58,943 bases of DNA from a virus. Lineage: Duplodnaviria > Caudoviricetes. The notes under the pieces were generated by a model, which saw only the letters and a program-made list of their open reading frames with translations, did no database searches and was not told the DNA's origin. A program made the position numbers and the translations under genes. The DNA is taken from the IMG/VR virus record IMGVR_UViG_3300003887_000023, positions 1 through 58,943 of that record, one strand, 5' to 3'. Numbering within the stretch: the stretch's first letter is position 1; each line of letters starts with the position of its first letter. Positions 34,826-44,754 of the stretch are shown in pieces.

Positions 34826-35132
34826 CGGCGCCTCCCGGGGGGATTGGGGGCCGCCATTTCTTCAAAGCCTCGAGGATGCCTTGACAGATCGCCATGCCAC
34901 CCAGGCCGACGATGAAGCCCGCTGCAGCCCCCTTTGCCCCGAGATATCCAGCGACCGGCTCGCCAAGATAGGCGGCCGTCAACGTGCCGACGACGACAGA
35001 CCCAACGATCGACCAGGGGTCCGAGCGACGAAACACGAAGGCGTTGACGACACCGCCGGCGAACCCGGCCACGGCGTTGTTGAGGTGGATTCCCAGATCG
35101 GCGAGCAATCCGTGCACTTCCCCGCCGGCCAT
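34812..35132 (-). CDS. Holin-like membrane protein
   Basis: Three TM segments and basic C-terminal KKWR. Confidence 0.6.
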   Translation of the reverse strand: MAGGEVHGLLADLGIHLNNAVAGFAGGVVNAFVFRRSDPWSIVGSVVVGTLTAAYLGEPVAGYLGAKGAAAGFIVGLGGMAICQGILEALKKWRPPIPPGGADGKC

Positions 35133-35256
35133 TTAACCCCCCCGTAACCGGGTTATGGTTTTATTGTCCGCCATCATGAAGGCCCCTCGTCTTCGTGATC
35201 GGAAGTGGTCGGCCGATCGGTTGCACCCGGTCGGTCGGCCCGCTCGTATCGAATTG

Positions 35257-35556
35257 TCAGCGGGACGGATTACCGGCCTCCCATATATGCTCTTGCACAA
35301 ACTGAGCCGGGCTGCCGCAGATCATCTTGCGCGTGTAGATCGAGCAGGACTCCGTATCCATCACGGTGTCCATAGGACCCATGTAGTCCTGTGCGTTCTG
35401 CTTCACTCGTGCGGACGGCTCGAAATACTTCATGATCCACGGCGGCAGTTTGTACTCGCACGTCCCCATGCTGTCGCTGTCGTCGCGGCGGCGGAAATGC
35501 TGGCACGATCCACACTGGCCGGGCTCGGCGTGCTGCCTGTCGTTGAGCTTCATCAT
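35257..35556 (-). CDS. Cys-rich hypothetical protein
   Basis: CGSCQHF...GTC...C. Confidence 0.6.
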   Translation of the reverse strand: MMKLNDRQHAEPGQCGSCQHFRRRDDSDSMGTCEYKLPPWIMKYFEPSARVKQNAQDYMGPMDTVMDTESCSIYTRKMICGSPAQFVQEHIWEAGNPSR

Positions 35557-35801
35557 TTCCTCGCCTTCGTCTGTTCTGTCTTGCACCGCTTGACGACGTC
35601 GCGTTGCTTGATCGCGACGACGCCCATCTTGCGCAGCGGGTGACCGGCCGGCAGTGCGGCGAGCGCCTGCCCCGCCGCCTGCTGATCCTTTGCCTGCCAT
35701 TCAACGAGAGGCGGGCAGACGATCGTGGTTGGCTGCGGAGGCAGTTCGCAGGTGATCGAGGCGACGATGAAGGCGAAGCCGGTGCAGGTGATCGTCGTCA
35801 C
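35553..35801 (-). CDS. o-spanin-like protein
   Basis: Hydrophobic N-terminus ending in Cys, then CPPLVEW...Q...A...L..LP. Confidence 0.45.
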   Translation of the reverse strand: MTTITCTGFAFIVASITCELPPQPTTIVCPPLVEWQAKDQQAAGQALAALPAGHPLRKMGVVAIKQRDVVKRCKTEQTKARK

Positions 35802-36007
35802 GGCCGCGCCTCCTGATAGTGCATCAGCGGCTCATGTGGTGCGTAACCGCATTGGCCGCAGAACCACGGATACTTTTTGTCAGGGACGAAGCGGTGTCGA
35901 CTGTCCGGCGGCGGACGATCGCGCCAACCGTGCTTCGCGTCGATCGCCCGTAGCCGCTCCAATTCATCGGAGCGGACAAGCGTGTAGCCGTCGGGGACGT
36001 CTGCCAC
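35798..36007 (-). CDS. Hypothetical protein
   Basis: H.F...CGQCG...H. Confidence 0.55.
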   Translation of the reverse strand: MADVPDGYTLVRSDELERLRAIDAKHGWRDRPPPDSRHRFVPDKKYPWFCGQCGYAPHEPLMHYQEARP

Positions 36008-36008
36008 G

Positions 36009-36260
36009 TCACCCCTCCCCGCGACCGAGCCGCCCGATCGCGTCGTCCTCGTCAACCGGCTTTGCCGCTTCGTCCGCCATCGCTTCGGCCGCATCACGGC
36101 CTTGGATGGCTTGGTCGCGTTCGGCCGTCACCTGACCAAGCTCGCGTTGCGTCTTGGCGTTCTGCCAATCCCGCCACGCGGTCGTGATCATGTTGCCGAG
36201 GAAGCCGAGCAAAAGCCCGACTCCCTTTTCGGCAAGCCATCCGGTGATTGCGGACAGCAT
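36009..36260 (-). CDS. i-spanin-like membrane protein
   Basis: N-terminal TM, coiled coil, ends RLGRGEG. Confidence 0.5.
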   Translation of the reverse strand: MLSAITGWLAEKGVGLLLGFLGNMITTAWRDWQNAKTQRELGQVTAERDQAIQGRDAAEAMADEAAKPVDEDDAIGRLGRGEG

Positions 36261-36264
36261 GGCA

Positions 36265-36762
36265 TTACGCCGGCTTCGACGGCGTCGCCGGGTTGGCGAC
36301 GTCGATCGCGACCGCCTGTGCCGCCGCCACGGACGGCACCGCCGGGATCACCGCCTTGATCTTGTTGGCGAGGACTTCGGGCGTGAGGCCGAAACGCGCC
36401 ATGGCGTCGGGAATGAACTTGGCCGCCGCATTGGCTGCCGTCGCCAGCGCGACGCTGTTGACCTCGATCGTGACGCCGTTGAGCTTCACGGCGCCCTTGG
36501 CAACGAGGTTCTGCGCCTGGTTCTTGAGGAAGGTTTCCAGCGCTTCGCGGGCCGAGTCGTCGATCGACACGTTGAGCTTGTTCTTGACCAAGTAGAGCAC
36601 CCAGCCGACCGCGGCGACGATCAGCACGCCAAGGGTGGAGTCGACATAGGGCGCGAGCGTGCCGAAGGCGGCGCCGACTTCGATGGTGGCGGCATAGGCG
36701 GGCGCGGTCAGGAAAGCGATACAGCCGAGCAGGAGCGCTCCGGCGAGTGCCAGGAATTTCAT
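36265..36762 (-). CDS. Holin-like protein with signal peptide and TM
   Basis: MKFLALAG...AYA; TM GVLIVAAVGWVLYL; in lysis cluster. Confidence 0.55.
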   Translation of the reverse strand: MKFLALAGALLLGCIAFLTAPAYAATIEVGAAFGTLAPYVDSTLGVLIVAAVGWVLYLVKNKLNVSIDDSAREALETFLKNQAQNLVAKGAVKLNGVTIEVNSVALATAANAAAKFIPDAMARFGLTPEVLANKIKAVIPAVPSVAAAQAVAIDVANPATPSKPA

Positions 36763-36822
36763 GGTTCACCTTCTGGATTGTGGAGAGGGGATTGCCCGGT
36801 GACCCGCCGGGCGCGGGCATGT

Positions 36823-37008
36823 TCACAGTGCAAGAAATCCGAGGACGGCGAAGCTCACGACGCCGCCGGCAACCAAAACGCAGCCCAGCAACGCCATATA
36901 GACGACCTGCGGCAGCGTCCGCATGCCGCTATTGACCCGCAAGGCTGCGATGAGCAGCGCAAGGCCCATCACGATCGCGGCGAGCGCGAACCACTTGATC
37001 ATGTGCAT
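36823..37008 (-). CDS. Small 2-TM membrane protein
   Basis: Two hydrophobic helices. Confidence 0.55.
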   Translation of the reverse strand: MHMIKWFALAAIVMGLALLIAALRVNSGMRTLPQVVYMALLGCVLVAGGVVSFAVLGFLAL

Positions 37009-37014
37009 GACCTT

Positions 37015-37266
37015 TCAGGTGTCGCGCGGCTCGAACTCGCGCTGAATCTCTTCGTCCGTGTATCCGATCACGGCGCCGTCCAATTCCTGGACGAGCCATT
37101 CGCTGCGGTTGACGACCTGCTTCCCGCTTTGCCTGTCGTGCCACAGTTCGCCATTGACCAGCACACAGCACCGCGCCACCCAGGCAGGCCAGAGGATCTG
37201 CGGCTGTCCTGTCCATTGCCACGCCTGGACGGGCTCGACACGCTGGCGGAGGGTGACGACGGACAT
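37015..37266 (-). CDS. Hypothetical protein
   Basis: PVQAWQWTG...WLVQ...F. Confidence 0.65.
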   Translation of the reverse strand: MSVVTLRQRVEPVQAWQWTGQPQILWPAWVARCCVLVNGELWHDRQSGKQVVNRSEWLVQELDGAVIGYTDEEIQREFEPRDT

Positions 37267-37270
37267 GGGA

Positions 37271-38029
37271 TCAAGCCTCGCTCAGCACCTTGCCGGACGT
37301 GTCGACGATCGGCAGGGACTTGATGCCGGTCAGCTTCGGAAGCGGTGCTTCCTTCGGCCAATAGAACCCCATGTTGAACGCGGACTCGGCATAAGGCGCC
37401 ACGCTCACCTGATCGTTCTGGTTTCCGCCACAGCACGCGAGCGCACCCGACTTCGTACGGCCGGCGACGAAGGTAACGTGGCCGCCGCCGTTGCGCGTTT
37501 TGACCGCGATGGCGCCGAGGGCGGGCCCGGGCAATTTCACCCCCCACCCTTGCGCATAGGACAGGGCCCACAGAGGCGACCCGGATGGCTTGCACCCGGC
37601 CTTGACCAGGCAGAACGACACCCACCCCGCACACCAGGGCGTGGCATCGGACTGATAGTCATCCGCCACGGTCTGGATCATGTCGACGAGCTGGGCATTG
37701 TCGGCTCGCCCGGCCACTTCCCGTAGCCCCACATGCGACAGCGACACCGTGAGCCATAGCGGCGGCTGCCCGACCGGTGCCGCACCAGCGACCGCCTGCA
37801 GGGCCCTGTCGATCGTCGCCGCCACCCCCGCGTCGACAACCCCCGTCACCGCCATGCCGCGCTTGTGCTGGAAATCCTCCACGGCGGTGTCCGTCGCCGG
37901 CCCGAAATAGCCCGACCCCGACAGGCCATAGCCCAACGCCCGAAGCGCCAATTGCAGCTTGCGTACGTCATCGCCGGACGATCCCTGTCGCAAGGGAGCG
38001 CCCGCCACCAGGGCGGAAGAGAGGGTCAT
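37271..38029 (-). CDS. Endolysin: PG-binding domain plus TIGR02594 NlpC/P60-like peptidase
   Basis: LRQGSSGDDVRKLQ...FGPAT..AV..FQ...GVV; PWCAGWV, GHV, GGNQ. Confidence 0.9.
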   Translation of the reverse strand: MTLSSALVAGAPLRQGSSGDDVRKLQLALRALGYGLSGSGYFGPATDTAVEDFQHKRGMAVTGVVDAGVAATIDRALQAVAGAAPVGQPPLWLTVSLSHVGLREVAGRADNAQLVDMIQTVADDYQSDATPWCAGWVSFCLVKAGCKPSGSPLWALSYAQGWGVKLPGPALGAIAVKTRNGGGHVTFVAGRTKSGALACCGGNQNDQVSVAPYAESAFNMGFYWPKEAPLPKLTGIKSLPIVDTSGKVLSEA

Positions 38030-38060
38030 GGGGATTGCCTATTGAGGATGAGGAATCGCT

Positions 38061-38282
38061 TTAGCTGTCGATCCAATCGCCGAGCCTAAGGATAAGCCGG
38101 CTCAGAGCGGAACGCCTTTTCTCGCGGGCAAGCGTGTGATCCACGCGCAAAAGCAGCAGTTGCGTTGGTGTCACCGTGAACCCGACCGGAGGGACAACGC
38201 AGCCGCGATCTGTTTCGGCCCAGTCAGCAACGACAGGCCGAAGATCACGCAACAGATCAAGCGGCGTTTCGCGGGGAAGCAT
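38061..38282 (-). CDS. Hypothetical protein
   Basis: Short ORF in intergenic gap. Confidence 0.3.
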   Translation of the reverse strand: MLPRETPLDLLRDLRPVVADWAETDRGCVVPPVGFTVTPTQLLLLRVDHTLAREKRRSALSRLILRLGDWIDS

Positions 38283-38358
38283 TGTAAAAAAATACCATGG
38301 CAGCCGCTTCCACGCAACTAATGCTTGCGGCTTTTCATGACTGGTACATCCACAGTAA

Positions 38359-40776
38359 TCACGGCGTCATGTAGGTACAGTTTACTACAATGGTCGCTGT
38401 ACCAGCCAAGTTTGTGATCGGTGCATTTGATATTGCAACATTGCTTCCAATTTCTTGTATCCCGATTACGGCTTCATTTCTACGAACTATTCCACTCCAC
38501 TGAGTATAACTGGCTTGGTGCGTTACCAGACCGGTGCTCACCGCGCAAACGTAATTCATCGATCCATTATTACCCGCGGTAAACGGAACCCCTGTTATCC
38601 AAGTATCACCGGATGCAGTCCCTCCCAGCGTTGCCAACACAACGCGTCCGTAGATATTTACCAACTTTCCGATTTTGACATATGTACCCGTCTGCTCAGT
38701 ATATGTTTGGGTGCCAGCCACTACAGATCCTGCCACGACAGGAGTCCACGTGCCTGTGGCATAATCACTAACGCCAGTTGCCATTGGCAGGCCTGTTGCG
38801 TTGGTTAGGACCAGCGCAGATGGCGTTCCCAAATCTGGCGTCACCAACGTTTTGTTGGTCAGCGTATCTGTCGTCGCCTTTCCCACCAGCGTGTCCGTAG
38901 CAGCCGGCAGCGTCCACGTGTATGTCGAAGCCACGCTTGGCGGCGACAGAGTACCGATGCCGCTGGTTGCTCCGTACAACTTGAGATTTGCCGCAGGCAC
39001 CGATCCCGCCAGAAATGACGGCGAACCGCCGTCATAGGCCGACGACATGTTTCCGAGCAGCAGATTGTATTGATCCGAGTTCGGAATCAGGGACGGGGTC
39101 GAAAACCCGGAAAAGACGTTGTTGCTCACGACCCAAAGCGTGTGCCCTACAGAAATTGTAGACAACCAGATGCCATAACCGGATGCGTTGGCCGACGCAT
39201 TGTGAATGACGTTCCCAGTGACAATCGCATATTTGACTGCCTTATAGCTGCCACTGCCATTGTTGTCTGTGGCAAAAATACCCGTTCCGCTGTAGCCAAC
39301 ACCATATGCCTTGCTTGTAACAAATTTACAGGTGTTGTTTGCAATGACGAGATTATCGGCGGCTTCCTCAATGTGAAACGCAGAATAGTTATATGTACCG
39401 CCAGAGCATGAATTGCCAATAAACCTAGTATTAGTTACGTAGGCTGCGCCAAACGGAAACCCGTTGACATCGTTCGGGCTAGTGCGCCCAGCCGAAATCC
39501 CCGTGACCAACAAGTCATCGAATATCCCTGACGGGCTGTTTATGACCACGTGCCCGGCGACATTGGAGTCGTACACGCCGCGGTCGAATTTCCAGCGCCT
39601 GTTGGTCGCCGTATTGCTGTTCGATTTCAGGACCGCCCAATTCATCCCCGACACATCGGTGTCGATTGCCGAGAAATCATTCGCCCCAGTCGTGCCGACA
39701 AGCCAAGCAATCTGGTTTGTCGATGCCTGGTTCGTCACCGTCTCCGTCGCCGACCCCGTCACGCTGCCGACGAACGCGCACATGGGAGATAGGGTCGCCG
39801 GCTGCGACACGCCGACATATGATCCGGTCGCGGTCGCGACGATGCCGGCGCCGCTGATGGTGGCGTTGCCGTTGACGGCGGCAGCCAGTCCGGTCGCCAT
39901 TTGCGCCGTCGTGTTCCCCGATCCGACCGTGTAGGACACGGTAATCGGCGAGCCCGCGAGCGACGTGCATGTGAACGTCAGCCTCACTTGATCGCTCGCG
40001 GTCGCGGTGCCGCCGACCACAACGCCGTCGACCGTATTGCCGACGATCTTCACCCGATCGAAGCCGATTCCATCGGCGTTGATCGTCGCCAACATCTGCC
40101 CGCTGGACGCGAACGACCCCTGCGTCGCGTTGATCTGAAGCGTGCAGTCCCGGAACCTGACCCCCGCATTGGTCAGGCTGAAAATCGAAAACCCGGTCAG
40201 GGCGCCGATGTCAAAACGGATCGTGGTGTTGGCCTTGCCGCTGCAGGCAATGATCGTCCCGGCGCCCGGCGTCGAGAACGTCGCCGCCGATGGAACCGTG
40301 ACGACGAACGTCCCGCTTCCGATCCGGAGTTCCTTTCCGGACGCCGCCGTGATCGCATTCTGCAGCGCGGCGAAATTGTCCGTCAATCCATCGCCGACAA
40401 GACCATGTTCGACACCGGTGACAATCACCTGGTTGCGGACGGCCTGCGTGATCTGAGTCGCGCCTGTGCCAGGGCCGGTATAGGTAAGGTCCGTCGCGTC
40501 CGGTCGGCTCGCGGTGAAGATTCCGTCCGTCCCGAGCGACCGCAGCCATTGCGATGTCGTCGCGCTTTTGGCAAAAACGCCGCCGATGGTCGCGAGCGCC
40601 GGCAAGGGGAGGTCGGCGCCGACCATGGCACGGAAGCTCGGCTGCGCCGCGCTTCCCGTCGCCGGTCCGCCGTATATCCGATTTGCCGGCACGGTCTGCC
40701 CGACTGCCGGGACAATCACCAGCGTATAGGAAAAAACCGCGGCCAGGACCGCGTTCAGCATGCGTCGCATCGCCAT
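38359..40776 (-). CDS. Tailspike / receptor-binding protein with beta-helix domain
   Basis: GLVGDGLTDN..ALQNAI pectin-lyase-like start, repeated xxxGN strands, C-terminal GTWTP...YVKIGKLV. Confidence 0.85.
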   Translation of the reverse strand: MAMRRMLNAVLAAVFSYTLVIVPAVGQTVPANRIYGGPATGSAAQPSFRAMVGADLPLPALATIGGVFAKSATTSQWLRSLGTDGIFTASRPDATDLTYTGPGTGATQITQAVRNQVIVTGVEHGLVGDGLTDNFAALQNAITAASGKELRIGSGTFVVTVPSAATFSTPGAGTIIACSGKANTTIRFDIGALTGFSIFSLTNAGVRFRDCTLQINATQGSFASSGQMLATINADGIGFDRVKIVGNTVDGVVVGGTATASDQVRLTFTCTSLAGSPITVSYTVGSGNTTAQMATGLAAAVNGNATISGAGIVATATGSYVGVSQPATLSPMCAFVGSVTGSATETVTNQASTNQIAWLVGTTGANDFSAIDTDVSGMNWAVLKSNSNTATNRRWKFDRGVYDSNVAGHVVINSPSGIFDDLLVTGISAGRTSPNDVNGFPFGAAYVTNTRFIGNSCSGGTYNYSAFHIEEAADNLVIANNTCKFVTSKAYGVGYSGTGIFATDNNGSGSYKAVKYAIVTGNVIHNASANASGYGIWLSTISVGHTLWVVSNNVFSGFSTPSLIPNSDQYNLLLGNMSSAYDGGSPSFLAGSVPAANLKLYGATSGIGTLSPPSVASTYTWTLPAATDTLVGKATTDTLTNKTLVTPDLGTPSALVLTNATGLPMATGVSDYATGTWTPVVAGSVVAGTQTYTEQTGTYVKIGKLVNIYGRVVLATLGGTASGDTWITGVPFTAGNNGSMNYVCAVSTGLVTHQASYTQWSGIVRRNEAVIGIQEIGSNVAISNAPITNLAGTATIVVNCTYMTP

Positions 40777-40801
40777 GAGTCTCTCTTGTGCCAGGAAAGG
40801 T

Positions 40802-41374
40802 TCAGCCGATACCGCGAGCAAGATAATTCCCGTCGCCGATCGGAATGAAATCGAACCCGCCGTAATTCGTCCGGCCGATCCACGAAGCGGCGCCATTGAT
40901 GGTACCGCTGCCGGCCACCACGAAGGTGGTGTTGTTCGTTTCCCAATTGCCGCCGCCGTCCATAACCGTGATGGCGCCGGTCGCATCAGATGGCAACTCG
41001 ACCTCTCGTGCCGACGGCGTCCCAGGATCGAGGATCACGATCGTATCGCTTGAGGTTAGGGAGATATCGCCGTTGCCGGTCTCGACCCGCGGCGTTGCCG
41101 CGCCCGTCGATACGCGCTTGAAGCGCAGCCCATTGGCGTCGACGATGATCGACGTCCCATCGTCTGCCGACGTCGTATCTGAGGTATCGACCTTGAACCA
41201 GGCATTGAGCGACGCGACGAACAACAGTCCGAACTGCCCAGCCCAGTTACCATTGCGGATTTCATCCGCATCCGCGACCCGACGATTTTTCATTTTGTCA
41301 TCCGCAATGACTGCCGCCTTGCTGACATCACCAGCACCAAAAGCGACGCTTGCAGGATGTGGATTGCCGGCCAT
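40802..41374 (-). CDS. Tail fibre adaptor-like protein
   Basis: DTSDTTSADDGTSIIVD..G.RFKR motif. Confidence 0.7.
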   Translation of the reverse strand: MAGNPHPASVAFGAGDVSKAAVIADDKMKNRRVADADEIRNGNWAGQFGLLFVASLNAWFKVDTSDTTSADDGTSIIVDANGLRFKRVSTGAATPRVETGNGDISLTSSDTIVILDPGTPSAREVELPSDATGAITVMDGGGNWETNNTTFVVAGSGTINGAASWIGRTNYGGFDFIPIGDGNYLARGIG

Positions 41375-41375
41375 C

Positions 41376-42734
41376 TTAGTTCTTCCTCAGCGCGACAAGT
41401 TCGACAAGCCCGGCCGCAAGAAGGCCCGACGCCGCTTTGATCCGGAATCCAGTGATGGCCCCGGCAGAATTCAGCCGGCCGCCCCCGACAACCCTGTACG
41501 AGCTTGATCCCGCCGCCGAGTACTGCGCATCGATCATGATTTCGCAGAGGTCGGACGCAGAGGGGTTGTCAAAGGTAAGCTTGCCGTTGAACTTCTCACC
41601 CGCCGCATTGCCGACGCCGCCGAGGGCAGCCGCCAACGTCATCCGAATCTTTGAATCGGAGCCGCTTCCGTCATTCCCAGCGATATCGCGCGAGCTGTAG
41701 TGAAATCCCCAGTAATAGTTTGCCGATGCCCACGTTGGCCCCGCTCCCGTTCCCACCAACAGGTGCAGCGGCTGATCATCCGTTCCAACCTTGAGGCCGG
41801 ATATTCTCAGTTCATATGCGCCGTAGGTTCCGTCCAGAACGACCCCATCGACACCATGAACAATATCGACTTGTGAATCTCCGGATAGTGTCTTGCTCCA
41901 CAGCAATTCCCATGCATCGGCTCCAGACGTCCACGCGGAGCCGGAGTAGAGAATGCGCTTGTCGAGGGCCTTGTTGTAACCAGACCATCCTTCCGCAGGG
42001 GGATAGACGATCCACGCGCCACTTTCCCCGTGCGCGATCTTGGCGTCATGCCCGGCCCATGCTCCCGTCGCACCGGCACCGATGATATAGGCAACACCGT
42101 CCGTCACTGTCCCGGGCGGCGCGGTCGTCGTCTGGTTTTCGACGATCCAATGCACCCGGGCGCCGCCACCAACCAACGCGGACGGCTTGACGGTCCCGGC
42201 CCCGATCGCGACCGAACCGACGCCCGCCGTCCACGTTCCCGAGGCGTTGCGGTGATAGAACGCCGTCTCGTCTTCAACATAGATGAACTTGCCGATCGGG
42301 ACGGTGACGAACCGCCAGCCCCGTTCGGTGTAGACCGCAACCTGATTGTCCTTTCCGGACCACGATCCTGTCGAGGCGACGCCGACGATGTAGCGATCAC
42401 CGACCGATGGAGAGACCGGCGGCGCCGTCAGATCCTTGTCGAGGACAGAATGCGGATATTCGAACGTCTCGACCTTGAAGCGCTTGCCGTCATCCGAAAC
42501 CAGACAAGTCGTCCCGTCGTGCGCCGTCGTCGCATCCGTCGCGTCGAATTCGAAAATGCGCCCGCTCTGAATGATATAGAGCGGCACCTCTCCGCTGCTC
42601 GGGTCGACGACCGTCAGCGTCTGCAGGTCTTCGCTGGCGTCGAGACAATAGGCTGACCGGCCTGCCAGCGCGGCACGAAGCAATGCCTGCGACACGCCCG
42701 GAAGCGCGGCGACCCATTCCAGATATGTCGGCAA
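41376..42734 (-). CDS. DUF2793-domain tail protein (two copies of the domain)
   Basis: APP.SP..GDRYIV...TGSWSG.D..VA...GWRF occurs twice. Confidence 0.8.
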   Translation of the reverse strand: MPTYLEWVAALPGVSQALLRAALAGRSAYCLDASEDLQTLTVVDPSSGEVPLYIIQSGRIFEFDATDATTAHDGTTCLVSDDGKRFKVETFEYPHSVLDKDLTAPPVSPSVGDRYIVGVASTGSWSGKDNQVAVYTERGWRFVTVPIGKFIYVEDETAFYHRNASGTWTAGVGSVAIGAGTVKPSALVGGGARVHWIVENQTTTAPPGTVTDGVAYIIGAGATGAWAGHDAKIAHGESGAWIVYPPAEGWSGYNKALDKRILYSGSAWTSGADAWELLWSKTLSGDSQVDIVHGVDGVVLDGTYGAYELRISGLKVGTDDQPLHLLVGTGAGPTWASANYYWGFHYSSRDIAGNDGSGSDSKIRMTLAAALGGVGNAAGEKFNGKLTFDNPSASDLCEIMIDAQYSAAGSSSYRVVGGGRLNSAGAITGFRIKAASGLLAAGLVELVALRKN

Positions 42735-42744
42735 GGTTTTTCCC

Positions 42745-44325
42745 TCAGCTCACATCAAGATCGGCGAGCGTGAATTCCTGCTCATCCGCGTCGGCATCCC
42801 AGTCGGTCTCGATGGCCGCGCTGTACTCGGTCAGCGCCAGTTCGATTGCCGTAAAATCCTCGGCAAAGGCCGACGACGTGCACAGATAGGTCCCGTTCGC
42901 GATCGGGAAGAGATCGCTGTAGAATGTGATGGCATTTCCGATCGGCTCGTCGTCGAGATCAGCAAGCCAGGTCACGTCCACACGACAGGTAATCGTCTTG
43001 CCGAGACGAGCTGTTTCCAGAAACGTTTTCTGCAGGCGCTGGGCGCGGCGGTGATCGAGCGTGAACGGAAGATCGAGCGTTGACGTGAGCGTTTCTCCGT
43101 CCAACGCGATCAGGTCGCTGCGAACCAATATCGGCCCGTCGACCGTCTGGTAGTCCTGTTCCGATGCGACAAACCTGCACTGCAGCTTGTTGACCTGCTC
43201 GCGCTTCGGCTTGGCGTCGCGATATTTGATCCCGCTGGCGAGCACGCCGTCATGAATGGTTGCAATCGGGGTACGAGGCTTCGACGACGTCACCCACACC
43301 TTGCCGCCGGCCTGAAGCAGCATCCCGCGATTTGCGGTCAGGAGTTGCACCATCACGTCATAGGGACGCTGGTTGCGCGTCACCATGCCATCGATCGTGT
43401 ACCGCTTGATGAAGCCGCCGGCGGCGACGCCTACAAGTTCATCGTCATAGTCGGCTGCCTCGGCGACCTTGTCCCAGTCGATCATCGACATGGGGATGCG
43501 GCCACCCCACGACCTGGTTACATAAAAAATCTGCAGCAGGCTCGCGTTGTTGGTCCACTTCCATGTGTTTTCGTCGTCGATATCCTGCGTCGGGTCGCGC
43601 GGATCGTAAGCAGGATCACCGCGCCAAAGCATGTAATAGTTCGGGCGCGGCACATTTCCGTAGAGCGAGACATACTCGTCCTGCGTCGCACCGATGTGGC
43701 TGCGGAAGGTCGCCGTCGTGATGCCGCGCTGGCGGAACTCGGCGCCGATGCTAGTGAAGTCAGCGCCAATGATCGGATCGATTACTTGATCGTCCTCGCC
43801 GTAGCGCAGCGCAATCTTGACGCGGCTCGGATAGTCGGGCTGTCCAGACACCGCCAATGGCGTCAACGCTGCGTCGGGAACGATCGACGACAACGACAAC
43901 TCATTGCTGCCAGCCCAGACGCGATCACACCCTGCCGCCCTGCCCTCGTGCACAAGCAAGAGCTGGTAAAAATACGGCGCCTTGAACTCTTCAAATGCCG
44001 AGGCCCCGCCGACGAAGGCCGATCCGAGGATATCGCGCTTGAACGGGATCGACTGCCGTGAGGTGTAGCGGGATTCCGCCGAGTTGACGCCCGACGTTTC
44101 CGACGAGAAGCCCGTGTTTCCACGCGACGACTGAAACAGCGACGCCGCAAGCGATATCCCGACCGAAAGCACAACCGACGTCACGATGGATGCCGCAACA
44201 GCCGCAATCGACGCATTGACGCCGGCCGTGATCAGCGCCGCCGCGATCGTCGCCGAGATCGGCTCCGCGACAGCCGCCGTCGCCCCGCCGACCAGCAGGA
44301 TCATCGCCAGAATGAATGCGATCAT
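42745..44325 (-). CDS. Tail tip / central fibre protein
   Basis: YDPRDPTQ...W.W..N, CDE-like DYDDE, RY.IDG; late tail position. Confidence 0.8.
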   Translation of the reverse strand: MIAFILAMILLVGGATAAVAEPISATIAAALITAGVNASIAAVAASIVTSVVLSVGISLAASLFQSSRGNTGFSSETSGVNSAESRYTSRQSIPFKRDILGSAFVGGASAFEEFKAPYFYQLLLVHEGRAAGCDRVWAGSNELSLSSIVPDAALTPLAVSGQPDYPSRVKIALRYGEDDQVIDPIIGADFTSIGAEFRQRGITTATFRSHIGATQDEYVSLYGNVPRPNYYMLWRGDPAYDPRDPTQDIDDENTWKWTNNASLLQIFYVTRSWGGRIPMSMIDWDKVAEAADYDDELVGVAAGGFIKRYTIDGMVTRNQRPYDVMVQLLTANRGMLLQAGGKVWVTSSKPRTPIATIHDGVLASGIKYRDAKPKREQVNKLQCRFVASEQDYQTVDGPILVRSDLIALDGETLTSTLDLPFTLDHRRAQRLQKTFLETARLGKTITCRVDVTWLADLDDEPIGNAITFYSDLFPIANGTYLCTSSAFAEDFTAIELALTEYSAAIETDWDADADEQEFTLADLDVS

Positions 44326-44328
44326 GAT

Positions 44329-44754
44329 TTAGACGACGGCCCAAGCCTTGATGATCTTGGCAGTGCGGACAGCGGCGAACCCGACGCTGTCCCGTCCGAC
44401 GAACCATCCCGGCGCCCGGCACACCATGGTGACCGGCCGCGCCATCTGATTAGCCCGCGCCAGCGCGACATCACCGACCCGGGCGTCTGCAGGATCAATC
44501 TCGCGCCATCCATGCCGCCCTGCAGCCTCTGCCAGCGCGTCTTCCATGCCGCCCTTGCCGAGCAGGCGCCGAGCCCCGCCGCGCGACCAGTAGCGCCCGC
44601 GCCAGCGCCTGGCAGGGTCATAGCCCAAGGCCTGCCTGAGCACGCCGGCGACCCACAAGGCGCAGTCGTCGCGCCCCCAGACCATCTCTGTTGTCGCCGC
44701 TCGCGCCATGGCGGCGAGCAAAGCGGCTTCCAGCCGCCCTCGCGCGTCTACCAT
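44329..44754 (-). CDS. Tail-associated NlpC/P60-like (DUF6950-like) protein
   Basis: WGRDDCALWVA...RGRY...GDV. Confidence 0.8.
   Translation of the reverse strand: MVDARGRLEAALLAAMARAATTEMVWGRDDCALWVAGVLRQALGYDPARRWRGRYWSRGGARRLLGKGGMEDALAEAAGRHGWREIDPADARVGDVALARANQMARPVTMVCRAPGWFVGRDSVGFAAVRTAKIIKAWAVV

Noticed and set aside
35133-35148. CtrA-like TTAA-N7-GTAAC upstream of the holin-like gene
   Set aside because: One half-site mismatch, and the C-run is simply the complement of the G-rich RBS region.
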